The translations under genes and the position numbers were made by a program. Below the pieces are notes generated by a model, which was not told the DNA's origin, ran no database searches, and saw only the letters and a list, made by a program, of their open reading frames with translations. Positions 21,420-31,274 of a stretch of 64,000 nt of DNA are shown one piece after another. Origin of the DNA: Alphaproteobacteria bacterium. GTDB taxonomy: Bacteria > Pseudomonadota > Alphaproteobacteria > GCA-2731375. The stretch lies in assembly GCA_965225945.1 (NCBI GenBank), contig CBDDBZ010000024.1:32001-96000 (forward strand), read 5' to 3'. How positions within the stretch are numbered: the stretch's first letter is position 1; the number at the start of each line of letters is the position of its first letter.

Positions 21420-21743
21420 ATGCTGCTCGACGTCCGCACCTACACCTGCCGCCCCGGCACCATCAAGAAGCACCTGGAGCTTTACGAGAAGATGGGCAAG
21501 GGGCCGCAGAGCCGCAATCTGGGCCAGCCGCTGGCCTATCTCGTCACCGAGACCGGCGATCCCAACCAATACGTCCACATCTGGGTCTACGAGAACGCCG
21601 GTGACCGCGAGACCAAGCGCACCGCCATGCAGGCCGACCCGGAATGGCTCGCCTATACCCAAGAGAGCGCCAAGCTCGGCGCGCTGGTCAAACAAGAAAA
21701 CAAGCTGATGCGGCCGGTCGACTTCTACCCGATCGCGCGGTGA
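21420..21743 (+). CDS. NIPSNAP family protein
   Basis: DVRTYTCRPG, YVHIWVYEN and ADPEW motifs; gaggga RBS. Confidence 0.88.
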   Translation: MLLDVRTYTCRPGTIKKHLELYEKMGKGPQSRNLGQPLAYLVTETGDPNQYVHIWVYENAGDRETKRTAMQADPEWLAYTQESAKLGALVKQENKLMRPVDFYPIAR

Positions 21744-22247
21744 GGGAGGTGCTGCGGCGCGCGCGCGATCGCCGCGCCGCCACCGCCACCTTCCGGGTGG
21801 ACGCGGGGCGCTGGGGTGAGTTCACGCCGCGGCGAGGGCTGGCATGTCGGCTATCGGGGGTAGACTCCCCGTCGGGCCGGGGGGGGGCCGATTCGGTCAT
21901 TGATAGCCACGAATTGACATTCCGTTGTTCTGAACTGAAGGCCGCATCCCCGCAGCCGCATCGCAATTGCAACCGTCGTTCGACTGGCTGCTGCGATCAA
22001 GCATCACTCAGAATGCCCAGCCGGCGCAAAAGCGGATAGCGACGATCGATGATCTCGCGCAGCGTCGATTCCTTGATGCGAAACCGGCCACTGCGCGCCA
22101 AGTGGTGGACAACGCTGCGCGAGGTCAAGCGGTGATTGGGAGCAACCAACGCCGCGGCCTCTGCAAGCGCGGCCTCCAGCTCCTGCCTCAGGGCCAGCCG
22201 AAGCCGCTGCTGTCTCGGGTACAGTCAAGGCAACTGGATCAGGGTGT

Positions 22248-23156
22248 TCAGGTCGCTGGCAGGACCCCAGGGGGAAGCGCCGCGCAGTGGCGCGCGATCT
22301 CACCGGGTCGCGTGAACCATACCCGCTCACGATGCGGGTGCTCGGCGCAATGCGCCAGAGCCGTGCGCAACACGCGCAAGCGAAACGGCTGGCCGACGAT
22401 GTAAGGGTGCAGCGCGATTGCGCAAACTAGCGGTCTGTCAACGCACTGCCGAACCATTTCGTCGAACTGGTTGACGATCATGTCGGCAAAGTCACGCGCA
22501 CTATGGTGTCGGTGCAGCTGTGCGGTAAAGTCGTTGAGCTCCAGCGGATAAGGAACCGCCAAGATTCGACCGGAGCGGGTCTTCAACCAAATCGGCTGAT
22601 CGTCGGCCGGCCAGTCGAGCAAATATTGATACTGAGCTTCCTGCAATAAATCTGGCGTCACCGCCGTTTCGGACAAGCTCGGGCTCAACCAGCCAGCTGG
22701 CAGGGTGCCGCTTCCCTGCGCAATCGTATCGGTTACGGTGCGGATAAGATTGTCTTCGTCCTCTGTCCACATACCCCGCTGCAACTCGGAACTGGTCCGG
22801 CCATGGGCGATGATCTCGTCCCCCCGCGCGACAATGCGGGCCGCGATCCGCGGTTGCGAACGAAATATCAGACTGTTGACCGTAAAAGCAACGGGCAGCC
22901 GCAATCCGTCGAGCATCGCAACCAAATTCCACAATCCGACACGGTGACCGTAGTCTCGCCAACCATAGTTTCGTTCGAGCTTCCACCCGCTCCACTGGCT
23001 CTGGCCGCTCGACCGGTCTTCGGCGACTCCGGTGCCGAATGCGAAATGCTCAACCGCTACTGAAACATAGAACGCCAGCCGTTTGTTTCCCGGCCAGGAG
23101 TAATCCGGGCGTCGGTCGATGACTGAGTAATCGTAACGGCCGTGGTGTGGGAGCAT
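22248..23156 (-). CDS. Polysaccharide deacetylase family (PuuE-like)
   Basis: WPGNKRLA, WRDYGHRVG and ALHPYIVGQPFR motifs. Confidence 0.88.
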   Translation of the reverse strand: MLPHHGRYDYSVIDRRPDYSWPGNKRLAFYVSVAVEHFAFGTGVAEDRSSGQSQWSGWKLERNYGWRDYGHRVGLWNLVAMLDGLRLPVAFTVNSLIFRSQPRIAARIVARGDEIIAHGRTSSELQRGMWTEDEDNLIRTVTDTIAQGSGTLPAGWLSPSLSETAVTPDLLQEAQYQYLLDWPADDQPIWLKTRSGRILAVPYPLELNDFTAQLHRHHSARDFADMIVNQFDEMVRQCVDRPLVCAIALHPYIVGQPFRLRVLRTALAHCAEHPHRERVWFTRPGEIARHCAALPPGVLPAT

Positions 23157-23159
23157 GGG

Positions 23160-23785
23160 TCAACTTCCTGGCACAACACCCGCTGGCAACGCAGTGACAT
23201 GTCGTGCGATCGCACGGGGATGAGCGAACCAGATAAGATCGCGCTGCGAATGATGGGCAATGTGCGCGAGCGCGTCGCGGACCAGCTTTAGCCGGAATGG
23301 CTGCCCGACCGTCATGGGGTGCATCGCAACCGCGCAGACGAGAGGCCGCTCGGTGCATTGTTCGATCATTTCATCGAACTGGTCGACGATCATATCAGCG
23401 AATTCACGTGCGCCCTGATGCCGAAACAGAATTGCGATTGAGTCGTTGACCTCCAACGGATATGGGACAGACAGGATCCGACCGCTACGCGTCTTCATCC
23501 AGAACGGTTGATCGTCGGCGCACCAATCCATGATGTACTCGTAGCCGGCCTCCTGAAGGAGATCGATGGTAACGTCACTATTGGACATCCCGGGGCCCAT
23601 CCATCCGCGTGGAGGGTTGCCCTCATGACGTTCGATGGTCTCCGTGACGGAGGCGATCATTCGCGCCTCGTCCTCGGCCCACATCGAGCCTTGATGCTCA
23701 GACTGGGTGCGACCATGACCGATCACTTCATCGCCGCGCGCGCGAACACGTTCCATGATCTCGGGACACTACTCGTAGATCAGAC
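23160..23785 (-). pseudogene. Second deacetylase paralog, 3' part (5' part at 29170-29451)
   Basis: Joins the 5' part across TSD GATCAGAC as ...NASSLIYE*CPEIMERV; also carries an in-frame TAG near 23769. Confidence 0.88.
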
Positions 23786-24060
23786 CTTGCCTATCCGGTT
23801 ATCACCCACACCCACTATATGTAGTGTGCACCCATTTTCCTGAGTAAAGCTCGGTGCAGGTCGAAGCGGAGATATCTCCGGCGATGCCGAGCAGGGACTC
23901 GGACGGCATTGTAGCGCCTTTTAGGCGACACTTTAGCGTGGTGGAAATCCTAATCATTGAGTCGGATTTGGCAAAACGCCACGTTGCATAAAGGACCGTC
24001 ACTTCATTGAAATTTATCTGAAATCGGAGGTGAACGACACCGATGGAATATTCCAGGAAA

Positions 24061-24369
24061 TCAGAGCTTCATTGAATTGTAGGATTCGAGTGCCGGATTA
24101 TTCACAAATAGCTCTGTGAACTGGTTTTCAAGTTCGCTCAATACGTCATATGAAGTAAACGGATTGAGGATCACGTTCTTGCGTGTCGCTTCGTCTTCGC
24201 TGCGACTCAAAACGCGCAGGAGACTAACAGGCGCGGACGGGTTCTTCGCAACGATTCGTGCCAGCGCGTCGCTTTCTTCGACTAGTGCCGTCAATCGCTC
24301 AGACGATGTCGTTTCATCAGCAGCTTCCCGTCTGGCCGTGGGTTTCTTCGTTTTTCCCTTGGTCGCCAC
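24061..24369 (-). CDS. Passenger: short leucine-rich-repeat-variant (LRV/HEAT-like) protein, 102 aa
   Basis: VAKNPSAPVSLLRVLS...TRKNVILNPFTS repeat pattern; GTG start; identical in three copies. Confidence 0.7.
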   Translation of the reverse strand: MATKGKTKKPTARREAADETTSSERLTALVEESDALARIVAKNPSAPVSLLRVLSRSEDEATRKNVILNPFTSYDVLSELENQFTELFVNNPALESYNSMKL

Positions 24370-24403
24370 CGTTCCGTCCCCCGATGTTAAGTACGTGACG
24401 TGA

Positions 24404-24432
24404 ATTAAACTCCGGTTCGGTTTTCAGAACAA
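24404..24432 (-). promoter_or_regulatory. Putative sigma70 promoter of the passenger gene
   Basis: TTGTTC-N17-TTTAAT on the minus strand, ~35 bp upstream of the GTG start. Confidence 0.5.
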
Positions 24433-24541
24433 TCAAGAATTAGCCGGATCGCCTCCTCAATGCGCCTGCGCCGGCCCTTGCCTGCAGTCCAAGGAGACAC
24501 ACTACATATAGTGGGTGTGGGTGATAACCGGATAGGCAAGC

Positions 24542-25364
24542 GTGAACCATCAAGCCGACGCCACGACGCCGACCGCGGGCGGCGCCAAGGTCCGCTACAT
24601 CAACGCGGAATGGCGGAACCGGGAGGACAGCCCGCGCATCGGCTCACGCGAGAGCCGGCGCGCCATGACCTCGTTCCAGGACGTGCTGGTGCACGACGTC
24701 AGGGCCGAATTCCAGGCGGGCCAGATCGATCTCGACCGCTCGGGCTTCACGCTGTGCGAGAACCTCACCGAATGCGGCGACTTCCGCGACGACGCGGTGA
24801 TCGAGGCGCAATACTATCCCGAGATGATCGACCTCGTCCGGCGGATGAGCGGCGCCGACCACGTCTTCGTCAGAGCGCACCTCGTACGCACCGAAATACC
24901 CACCGATTTCAACGACGGCTACGCGCGCTTCGTCCACTGCGACTTACAACATCCGGCTGATCGAGGAATTGGCGCATGAATTGCTGGCGCGATACGACGT
25001 CGAGGCGAAGCCGAACTGGACTTACGCCTGGTACAACACCTGGCAGCCCTTCGATCATCAGGTGCAGAAAAATCCGCTCGCCGTGATCGACTGGCAAAGC
25101 CTGCCCCTCGAGGACGTGATCGACTACTATTATACTGGCCGCGGCCTCGACAGCCTGACCGCGGCGCCCGTCTACAGCCCCGACCATCGGTTCGATCCCG
25201 GGGATGGAGACGACCGAGACACTGGTGATCAAGCAGTCGACGCGCGGCCCGGCCGGGCGGCGTATTGCCCGCACACTTCCTTCGATCTGCCCGGCAGCGA
25301 CGACTTGTTGCCCCGGCGCAGCATCGAAACTCGGTTCCTCGCCGTCTTCGAGGACGCCGCTTAA
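24542..25364 (+). pseudogene. CmcJ/NvfI-like oxidoreductase, frameshifted (cargo)
   Basis: LDRSGFTL, YYPE, VHCD / NTWQP, PLAVID, PHTSF, RRSIETR split over two frames near 24950. Confidence 0.75.
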
Positions 25365-26912
25365 AACACCAGCTCCACCAGGTAGGGACCTTCGGAGCGG
25401 AGGCCGGCGTCGAAGGCGCGCCGCAGGCCGTCCAGATCGTCGGCCCGGCTCGCCTCCACCCCCATGCCTCGGGCCATTTGGACCCAATCCAGGTCCGGCC
25501 GGTCGAGGCTCAGCATGTCGATCGCGCGGGGGCCGGGATTGCGGACACCGACGTTGGTGAGCTCGCCGCGCAGGATGTCGTAGCTGCGGTTGGCGAAGAT
25601 CAGCACGGTGATGTCGAGGTTCTCGCGCGCCATGGTCCAGAGCGACTGCGGCGTGTACATGGCGCTGCCGTCGCCGATGAAGGCCAGCACCTTACGATCG
25701 GGACAGGCGATCTGGGCGCCGATCGCCACCGGCATGCCGTAGCCGATCGCGCCGCCCCGGTTGTTGAACCAGTCGTGCGGCGGCGCGCCGGCGGTGAAGG
25801 GGAAGAAGCCCCGGCCGGAGGTCACCGATTCGTCGACCACGATGGCGCCTTCCGGCAGCAGGGAACCGATCACCTGGGCGATACCGTCGAGCGTGACGGC
25901 GCCGCTGGGCGCCTCCGGCCGGCCCGCCGGCGCGACCTGGGCCGGCGGCCTCGTGTGGGCGTCGAGCTCGCCGGCCAACGCCTCCAAGGCAGCGACGATG
26001 TCGCGCTCCACGCCGGCGAGCTCCACCACCTCGCAAGCCTCGGGCGTCAGCGCGCTGGGCTTGCCGGGATAGGCGAAGAAGGCCACGGGCGCGCGGGCGC
26101 CGACCAGCACCAGTCGCTCGACCTCGCAGAGAACCGCCAAGGCGCGCTCGACGACATAGGGAATGCGCGCCACCTGGACCCGGCCCGCGCCCCGGGCGAG
26201 CCGAGTGTTCGAGCCCTCGCTCAACAGGCCGCAGCCGGTCGCCGCCGCGATTCGTCCCGCTAGCTCCAGCCCCCTTTCGCCGAGCGCCTGGCCACCGAGG
26301 AGGAGCGTCGCCTTGCCGCCGCTGGCGCGGAGCGCCTCGGCCGAGGCGCGCACGGCGTCCTCCGAGACCGCCTGGCGCGGCGCCGGCTCGCGCGCCGTCA
26401 CCACATTCGCGGCCTCGTTCCAAGCGCTATCGGCGGGCAGGATCAGGGTCGCGATCCGGCCGGGAGCCTGGCGCGCCGCCTCGATTGCCAGGGCCCCGTC
26501 GGCGGCGATGGTGGTCGCGTCGGGCGAGGTCTTCACCCAATGGGACATCGGCCGGGCCACGCCTTCGACGTCGGAGGTCAGCGGCGCATTATGCTGGATG
26601 TGGTGGACGGCGTGGGTCGCCGACGATGTTGACGATGCCCGAATTCGCCTTCTTGGCGTTATGGAGGTTGGCCAGCCCGTTGGCGAGGCCGGGTCCCAGG
26701 TGCAGCAGGGTCGAGGCCGGCCGCTCGCGCATCCGGTAGTAGCCGTCGGCGGCGCCGGTGACCACGCCCTCGAAGAGGCCCAGGACGCAGCGCATTCCCG
26801 GCACATGGTCGAGGGCGGCGACGAAATGCATCTCCGAGGTGCCCGGATTGGCGAAGCAGATGTCGATGCCGCCGGCGAGCAGCGTGCGGACCAGGCTTTC
26901 GGCGCCGTTCAT
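25361..26912 (-). pseudogene. Acetolactate synthase large-subunit-like ThDP enzyme, frameshifted near 26610 (cargo)
   Basis: [25 protein letters not shown] and GDGSAMYT motifs over two frames. Confidence 0.88.
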
Positions 26913-27031
26913 GTCGCCCCCTCCCGTCTCGAGCAAGGCCGCCCGGCGAGGAGCGGCGAATCGCGTCCGGCATAACCGGCGGGGCGAGAAATGCCAAGCG
27001 ACAAGGGACCGATTTCGACTACCCTGCCCGC

Positions 27032-28321
27032 ATGCACAGGCTGCTCTTTCTCGATCCGGGCCACTTTCACGCCGCGCTCACGCTTCGCGCGGCCAATCCC
27101 CGGGTCGCAGACGAGATCCATCTCCATGCGCCCGAGGGGCCGGAGAGCCAGGCCTTCGTCGATCTGGTGGAAGGCTTCAACGCCCGGGCCGACGCGCCGA
27201 CGGCGTGGCGCTTGGAATGCCATCTCGGTGCGAATTCGCTTCACCGGTTGATCGAGGAGCGCCGCGGCGAGATCGTGATCCTGGCCGGACGCAACGATCG
27301 CAAACTCGCCACCATCCGCCGTCTGCGGGAGGCCGGATTCCACGTCCTGGCCGACAAGCCCTGGCTTACCGGGGCGGGGGCGCTGGGGGATCTCGCCGCC
27401 GCGACCACGCCCGGCCGGCCGCTGGCGATGGACATCATGACCAGCCGGCACATGGCGCTGGCGCGCCTGCGCCGCGCGCTCGTCGGGCAATCGGAGCTGT
27501 TCGGCGCCTTCGAGGCCGGGGGGCCCGGGCCGGCGATCGAGCAGACCTCCCGCCATCACATCCACAAGCTGGTGAACGGCCAGCCGCTCCGCCGGCCGGA
27601 CTGGTATTTCGATTGCCGGGTCCAGGGCGACGGGCTGGTCGACATCCAATCGCACCTGGTCGATCAGGCGCAGTGGTTGATCGCGACGCTGCACGGCCCG
27701 GAGGCCGAACGCGACATCGAGGTGATCCGGGCCCGGCGGTGGCCGACGCCGGTCGGCCGCGAGCTCTACGCCGAGAGCACGGGCGTCGAGGACTATCCGG
27801 AGCTGCCGGCCGGCGTGGTGGTGGACGATGTCATCCAGCTCGCCTGTAACGGCGTGATCGAATTTTCGATCGGCGGCGTGAGGGTGCGCCAGCGGGCCGA
27901 ATGGGGCGCCCGCGAAGCGGAAGGCGGCGGCGACCAGCAGCACGCGGTGGCGCGCGGCAGCGGTGCGCAACTCGTCCTGCGCCAGGGGCCGGAGACCAAC
28001 CACGCGGCGGAGCTGCATGTGGCATCGAGCGGGGCCCGAGATTTGGAATCCCGCCTGGCCGCCGCGGTCGCGGCGCTGGCCGCCGACTTTCCCGGCCTTT
28101 CGATGGCGCCCTCGGAGCTCGGCTTCCGGCTCACCGTCGCGCCCGGGCTCGACGGCGGCCACGAGAGCCACTTTCCCCTGGTGCTCGACGAATTCTTGGA
28201 TCTCTTGGACGGATCGGGCGACGGCGCGGCGCTGGCGGCGCGGATCGGTGCGCGCTACGCCCTCCTCGCCCGGGCTCGAGAAATTGCCGAGGATATCCCC
28301 CCGCCGCCCGACGCGCCCTAG
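27032..28321 (+). CDS. Gfo/Idh/MocA-like putative oxidoreductase (cargo)
   Basis: [24 protein letters not shown] and HLVD motifs. Confidence 0.75.
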   Translation: MHRLLFLDPGHFHAALTLRAANPRVADEIHLHAPEGPESQAFVDLVEGFNARADAPTAWRLECHLGANSLHRLIEERRGEIVILAGRNDRKLATIRRLREAGFHVLADKPWLTGAGALGDLAAATTPGRPLAMDIMTSRHMALARLRRALVGQSELFGAFEAGGPGPAIEQTSRHHIHKLVNGQPLRRPDWYFDCRVQGDGLVDIQSHLVDQAQWLIATLHGPEAERDIEVIRARRWPTPVGRELYAESTGVEDYPELPAGVVVDDVIQLACNGVIEFSIGGVRVRQRAEWGAREAEGGGDQQHAVARGSGAQLVLRQGPETNHAAELHVASSGARDLESRLAAAVAALAADFPGLSMAPSELGFRLTVAPGLDGGHESHFPLVLDEFLDLLDGSGDGAALAARIGARYALLARAREIAEDIPPPPDAP

Positions 28322-28414
28322 AGCCCCGTGAAGCAGTCCTTCGCGTCGCTCAGGTCTTCTTGCGCCTGTAGCGGAGCCGGCGTTTCTTCCGCTTGCCTTT
28401 CCGGATCTTGGACG

Positions 28415-29169
28415 CTTGCCTATCCGGTTATCACCCACACCCACTATATGTAGTGTGCACCCATTTTCCTGAGTAAAGCTCGGTGCAGGTCGAAGCGGAG
28501 ATATCTCCGGCGATGCCGAGCAGGGACTCGGACGGCATTGTAGCGCCTTTTAGGCGACACTTTAGCGTGGTGGAAATCCTAATCATTGAGTCGGATTTGG
28601 CAAAACGCCACGTTGCATAAAGGACCGTCACTTCATTGAAATTTATCTGAAATCGGAGGTGAACGACACCGATGGAATATTCCAGGAAATCAGAGCTTCA
28701 TTGAATTGTAGGATTCGAGTGCCGGATTATTCACAAATAGCTCTGTGAACTGGTTTTCAAGTTCGCTCAATACGTCATATGAAGTAAACGGATTGAGGAT
28801 CACGTTCTTGCGTGTCGCTTCGTCTTCGCTGCGACTCAAAACGCGCAGGAGACTAACAGGCGCGGACGGGTTCTTCGCAACGATTCGTGCCAGCGCGTCG
28901 CTTTCTTCGACTAGTGCCGTCAATCGCTCAGACGATGTCGTTTCATCAGCAGCTTCCCGTCTGGCCGTGGGTTTCTTCGTTTTTCCCTTGGTCGCCACCG
29001 TTCCGTCCCCCGATGTTAAGTACGTGACGTGAATTAAACTCCGGTTCGGTTTTCAGAACAATCAAGAATTAGCCGGATCGCCTCCTCAATGCGCCTGCGC
29101 CGGCCCTTGCCTGCAGTCCAAGGAGACACACTACATATAGTGGGTGTGGGTGATAACCGGATAGGCAAG
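28415..29169. mobile_element. 755-bp TIR element, copy 2 (passenger ORF 28690-28998, minus strand)
   Basis: No differences from copy 1 seen; same orientation. Confidence 0.95.
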
Positions 29170-29451
29170 GATCAGACTACTCGCGTTCTGCGCCGCAGGA
29201 ATTTGGAACTCGTCGAGCACGTCCAATAAACGCCAAATTCCGACCCGAAGGCCATAGTCACGCCAGGCATGATTGCGCTGGGTTTGCGGCGCATCGGTCT
29301 TGAACGCGGGGTCGGAGCCCAAGCCAGTGCCGAATGCGAACGTCTCGATGTTATTGCCGACGTAGAATGCCAGTCTCTTACCGTCGGGCCAATCATAGAT
29401 TGGCCTTTCGTCGATCATCGACAGATCGTAGCGACCGTGAGTCGGTAGCAT
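29170..29451 (-). pseudogene. Second deacetylase paralog, 5' part
   Basis: MLPTHGRYDLS...WPDGKRLAFY...WRDYGLRVG. Confidence 0.88.
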
Positions 29452-29487
29452 TGACAATTCCTCGGATGACAGCCGGTTCCGGCCATC

Positions 29488-29516
29488 AGAGTAGCCATTC
29501 TTGGCCTCCACGGCAA
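29488..29516 (-). promoter_or_regulatory. Promoter-like module, copy A
   Basis: TTGCCG-N17-TACTCT within a repeat shared with 48120-48197 and 61635-61712. Confidence 0.55.
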
Positions 29517-29926
29517 TGCAGAAGCCGATCCGCGCAGGCTGGGTACTCTGCGTGCCGTCCATGCGGCCGGCGATGGCGATTTCCGAAGGCTGACTGACGG
29601 ATTTCTCACCATCGAGGCACACCTCTCCCGTCGTTTTCCTCCCTGCGATGGCTGCGTAGATCAAGCCGGCACCGGCGGCGTACGCAGCCGGACCATGCGC
29701 GCCAGGATCAGTCCAAAGATCCGTCCCGACACCAAGGTCTCGGCCATCCAGTGCGGGAGAAATGGGTCAACATTCTCCTGTTAGCACCTGCTAATATTAC
29801 GGAGAGTCTTGGGGGAACACCAGACGTCGATTCGGCGATTCCCGACATTCGACCGCCAAGCTCGTCTATTGGGGGTATGGTCCCCGTCGGGTCGGAGTGG
29901 CCGATTCGGTGATTCATAACCAATGC

Positions 29927-31149
29927 CACAGTACACGACTCGTTCATGCTGGCTTTGGCCTGGGCACCTGGACTGGTGGTTTTCCGGGGACGAGGAAACG
30001 AATCAGCTCAATGGCTTGACGCCTGTCGATAGGATTGACGAGCTGTCGCCTTATCCACTCGAAACCGTATCGGAAGATGGATTTTGCCATCCTTTTGTGG
30101 GTTTTGAGGCGGATCGGCTCGGCCTCGTGGAGCCAATCGCCGACTTTGTGCGCCCAGCAGAAGGTGATGGAAAGGACGGCGGTGAGCTTGGAGATGCGCT
30201 CCGGGTCGGTCATGTGGGTGTCTTCGAGGTTGAAGCCACGGGTTTTCAAGGCGGCGAAGAGGGTCTCGATTTGCCAGCGCTGGGCGTAGATGGCCAAGGC
30301 CTCCTCGGGCGCGTCGTTGGTCACGACGATCAACAGTTCGCCGGTCTTGAGATGGAGCGCGGCGACGAAGACGGGCCTGGCCTTGGGTTTTCTGGCCTCC
30401 GAGAGGCGCCTGGCGTTGGAGAGGATGCGGCTTTCCCCGGGTTTGAGGTCGCGAAACAGCTCCCTCGCCTTGACCATGCGACCACGCGTGTTGGCGATCT
30501 TGATGTTGGATCGGATGCGGATGTGAAAGGGGATGGCCTTTTCCTGCAACCATGCCAGCCAGGCGTCGCCGATGAATTCCCGGTCGGCCAGGAGGCTGGC
30601 GATCTTGTCGACCCCGAAGAGCCGGAGGACGTGTTCGAGGATCGCGATCCGCTCCTTGGTATTGGAATTGCCCGCCTTGTCGAGCACCCGCCAGCACACG
30701 GGAATGGCGATGGCGCGGTTGACGATGCCGATCATCAAGATGTTGACGTCGCGGCGACCCAGCCGCCAGTTGGTCCGGTCCATGGTCAGCCGCCACGGCC
30801 CCGCCTGGAGCCCCATCATCGCGACCAGGAACTCGGCGAGGCGATCGTAATCGAAATCGACTTGCTCGAAAAACCGTTGCAGGCGCCGATAGTTGGAGCT
30901 GGATCGCGCGCGCCCCGGAAAGTGGCAGGCCAAGTGAGAGAGGTTCACCGTCCGGGCGACGAACACGCCGAAGACCAAGACGCAAAGGCTCTCCAGACGG
31001 CTCTTGCGAAAGGCGAAGCCGCATCGTAGCGTCTCACGCAGGGCGTTGATCGGGTTGTCTCGCATGATTTCCCTCTTGACTCGTCGTGGAGTGAATCGGG
31101 AATCCTACAACCTTTTCAACGTCCTACGTAAATGCCGTCGTGTACCATG
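29927..31149 (-). mobile_element. IS4-family IS (IS10/ISAba1-like), 1223 bp
   Basis: IRs cacagtacacgac / catggtacacgac; 9-bp TSD aaccaatgc at 29918-29926 and 31150-31158. Confidence 0.9.
29944..31065 (-). CDS. IS4-family transposase
   Basis: MDRTNW, LADREFIG and YREK-type YAQRWQIETLFAALK motifs. Confidence 0.93.
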   Translation of the reverse strand: MRDNPINALRETLRCGFAFRKSRLESLCVLVFGVFVARTVNLSHLACHFPGRARSSSNYRRLQRFFEQVDFDYDRLAEFLVAMMGLQAGPWRLTMDRTNWRLGRRDVNILMIGIVNRAIAIPVCWRVLDKAGNSNTKERIAILEHVLRLFGVDKIASLLADREFIGDAWLAWLQEKAIPFHIRIRSNIKIANTRGRMVKARELFRDLKPGESRILSNARRLSEARKPKARPVFVAALHLKTGELLIVVTNDAPEEALAIYAQRWQIETLFAALKTRGFNLEDTHMTDPERISKLTAVLSITFCWAHKVGDWLHEAEPIRLKTHKRMAKSIFRYGFEWIRRQLVNPIDRRQAIELIRFLVPGKPPVQVPRPKPA

Positions 31150-31274
31150 AACCAATGCACAAAACACGACATTCAGATTAGCTAATGTATAGTCAGTTCA
31201 GCTCCGGTCGGTCCTCAATGGCGACCGCGATCCGGCGCGTCGCGATGTCGGCGAGGGGCGAGGGATGGCCGGCG

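Larger units (their letters stand above)
23786..24540. mobile_element. 755-bp non-autonomous TIR element, copy 1
   Basis: 43-bp perfect TIR CTTGCCTATCCGGTTATCACCCACACCCACTATATGTAGTGTG; no transposase. Confidence 0.95.
23786..29169. mobile_element. Composite transposon bounded by element copies 1 and 2
   Basis: 8-bp TSD GATCAGAC at 23778-23785 and 29170-29177 flanks the whole 5384-bp unit and splits one gene. Confidence 0.9.

Noticed and set aside
23802-24002. 66-aa ORF and other ORFs crossing the element TIRs (24460-24960, 26909-28444, 38341-39021)
   Set aside because: They read through TIR sequence into unrelated flanks and show no recognisable domain.
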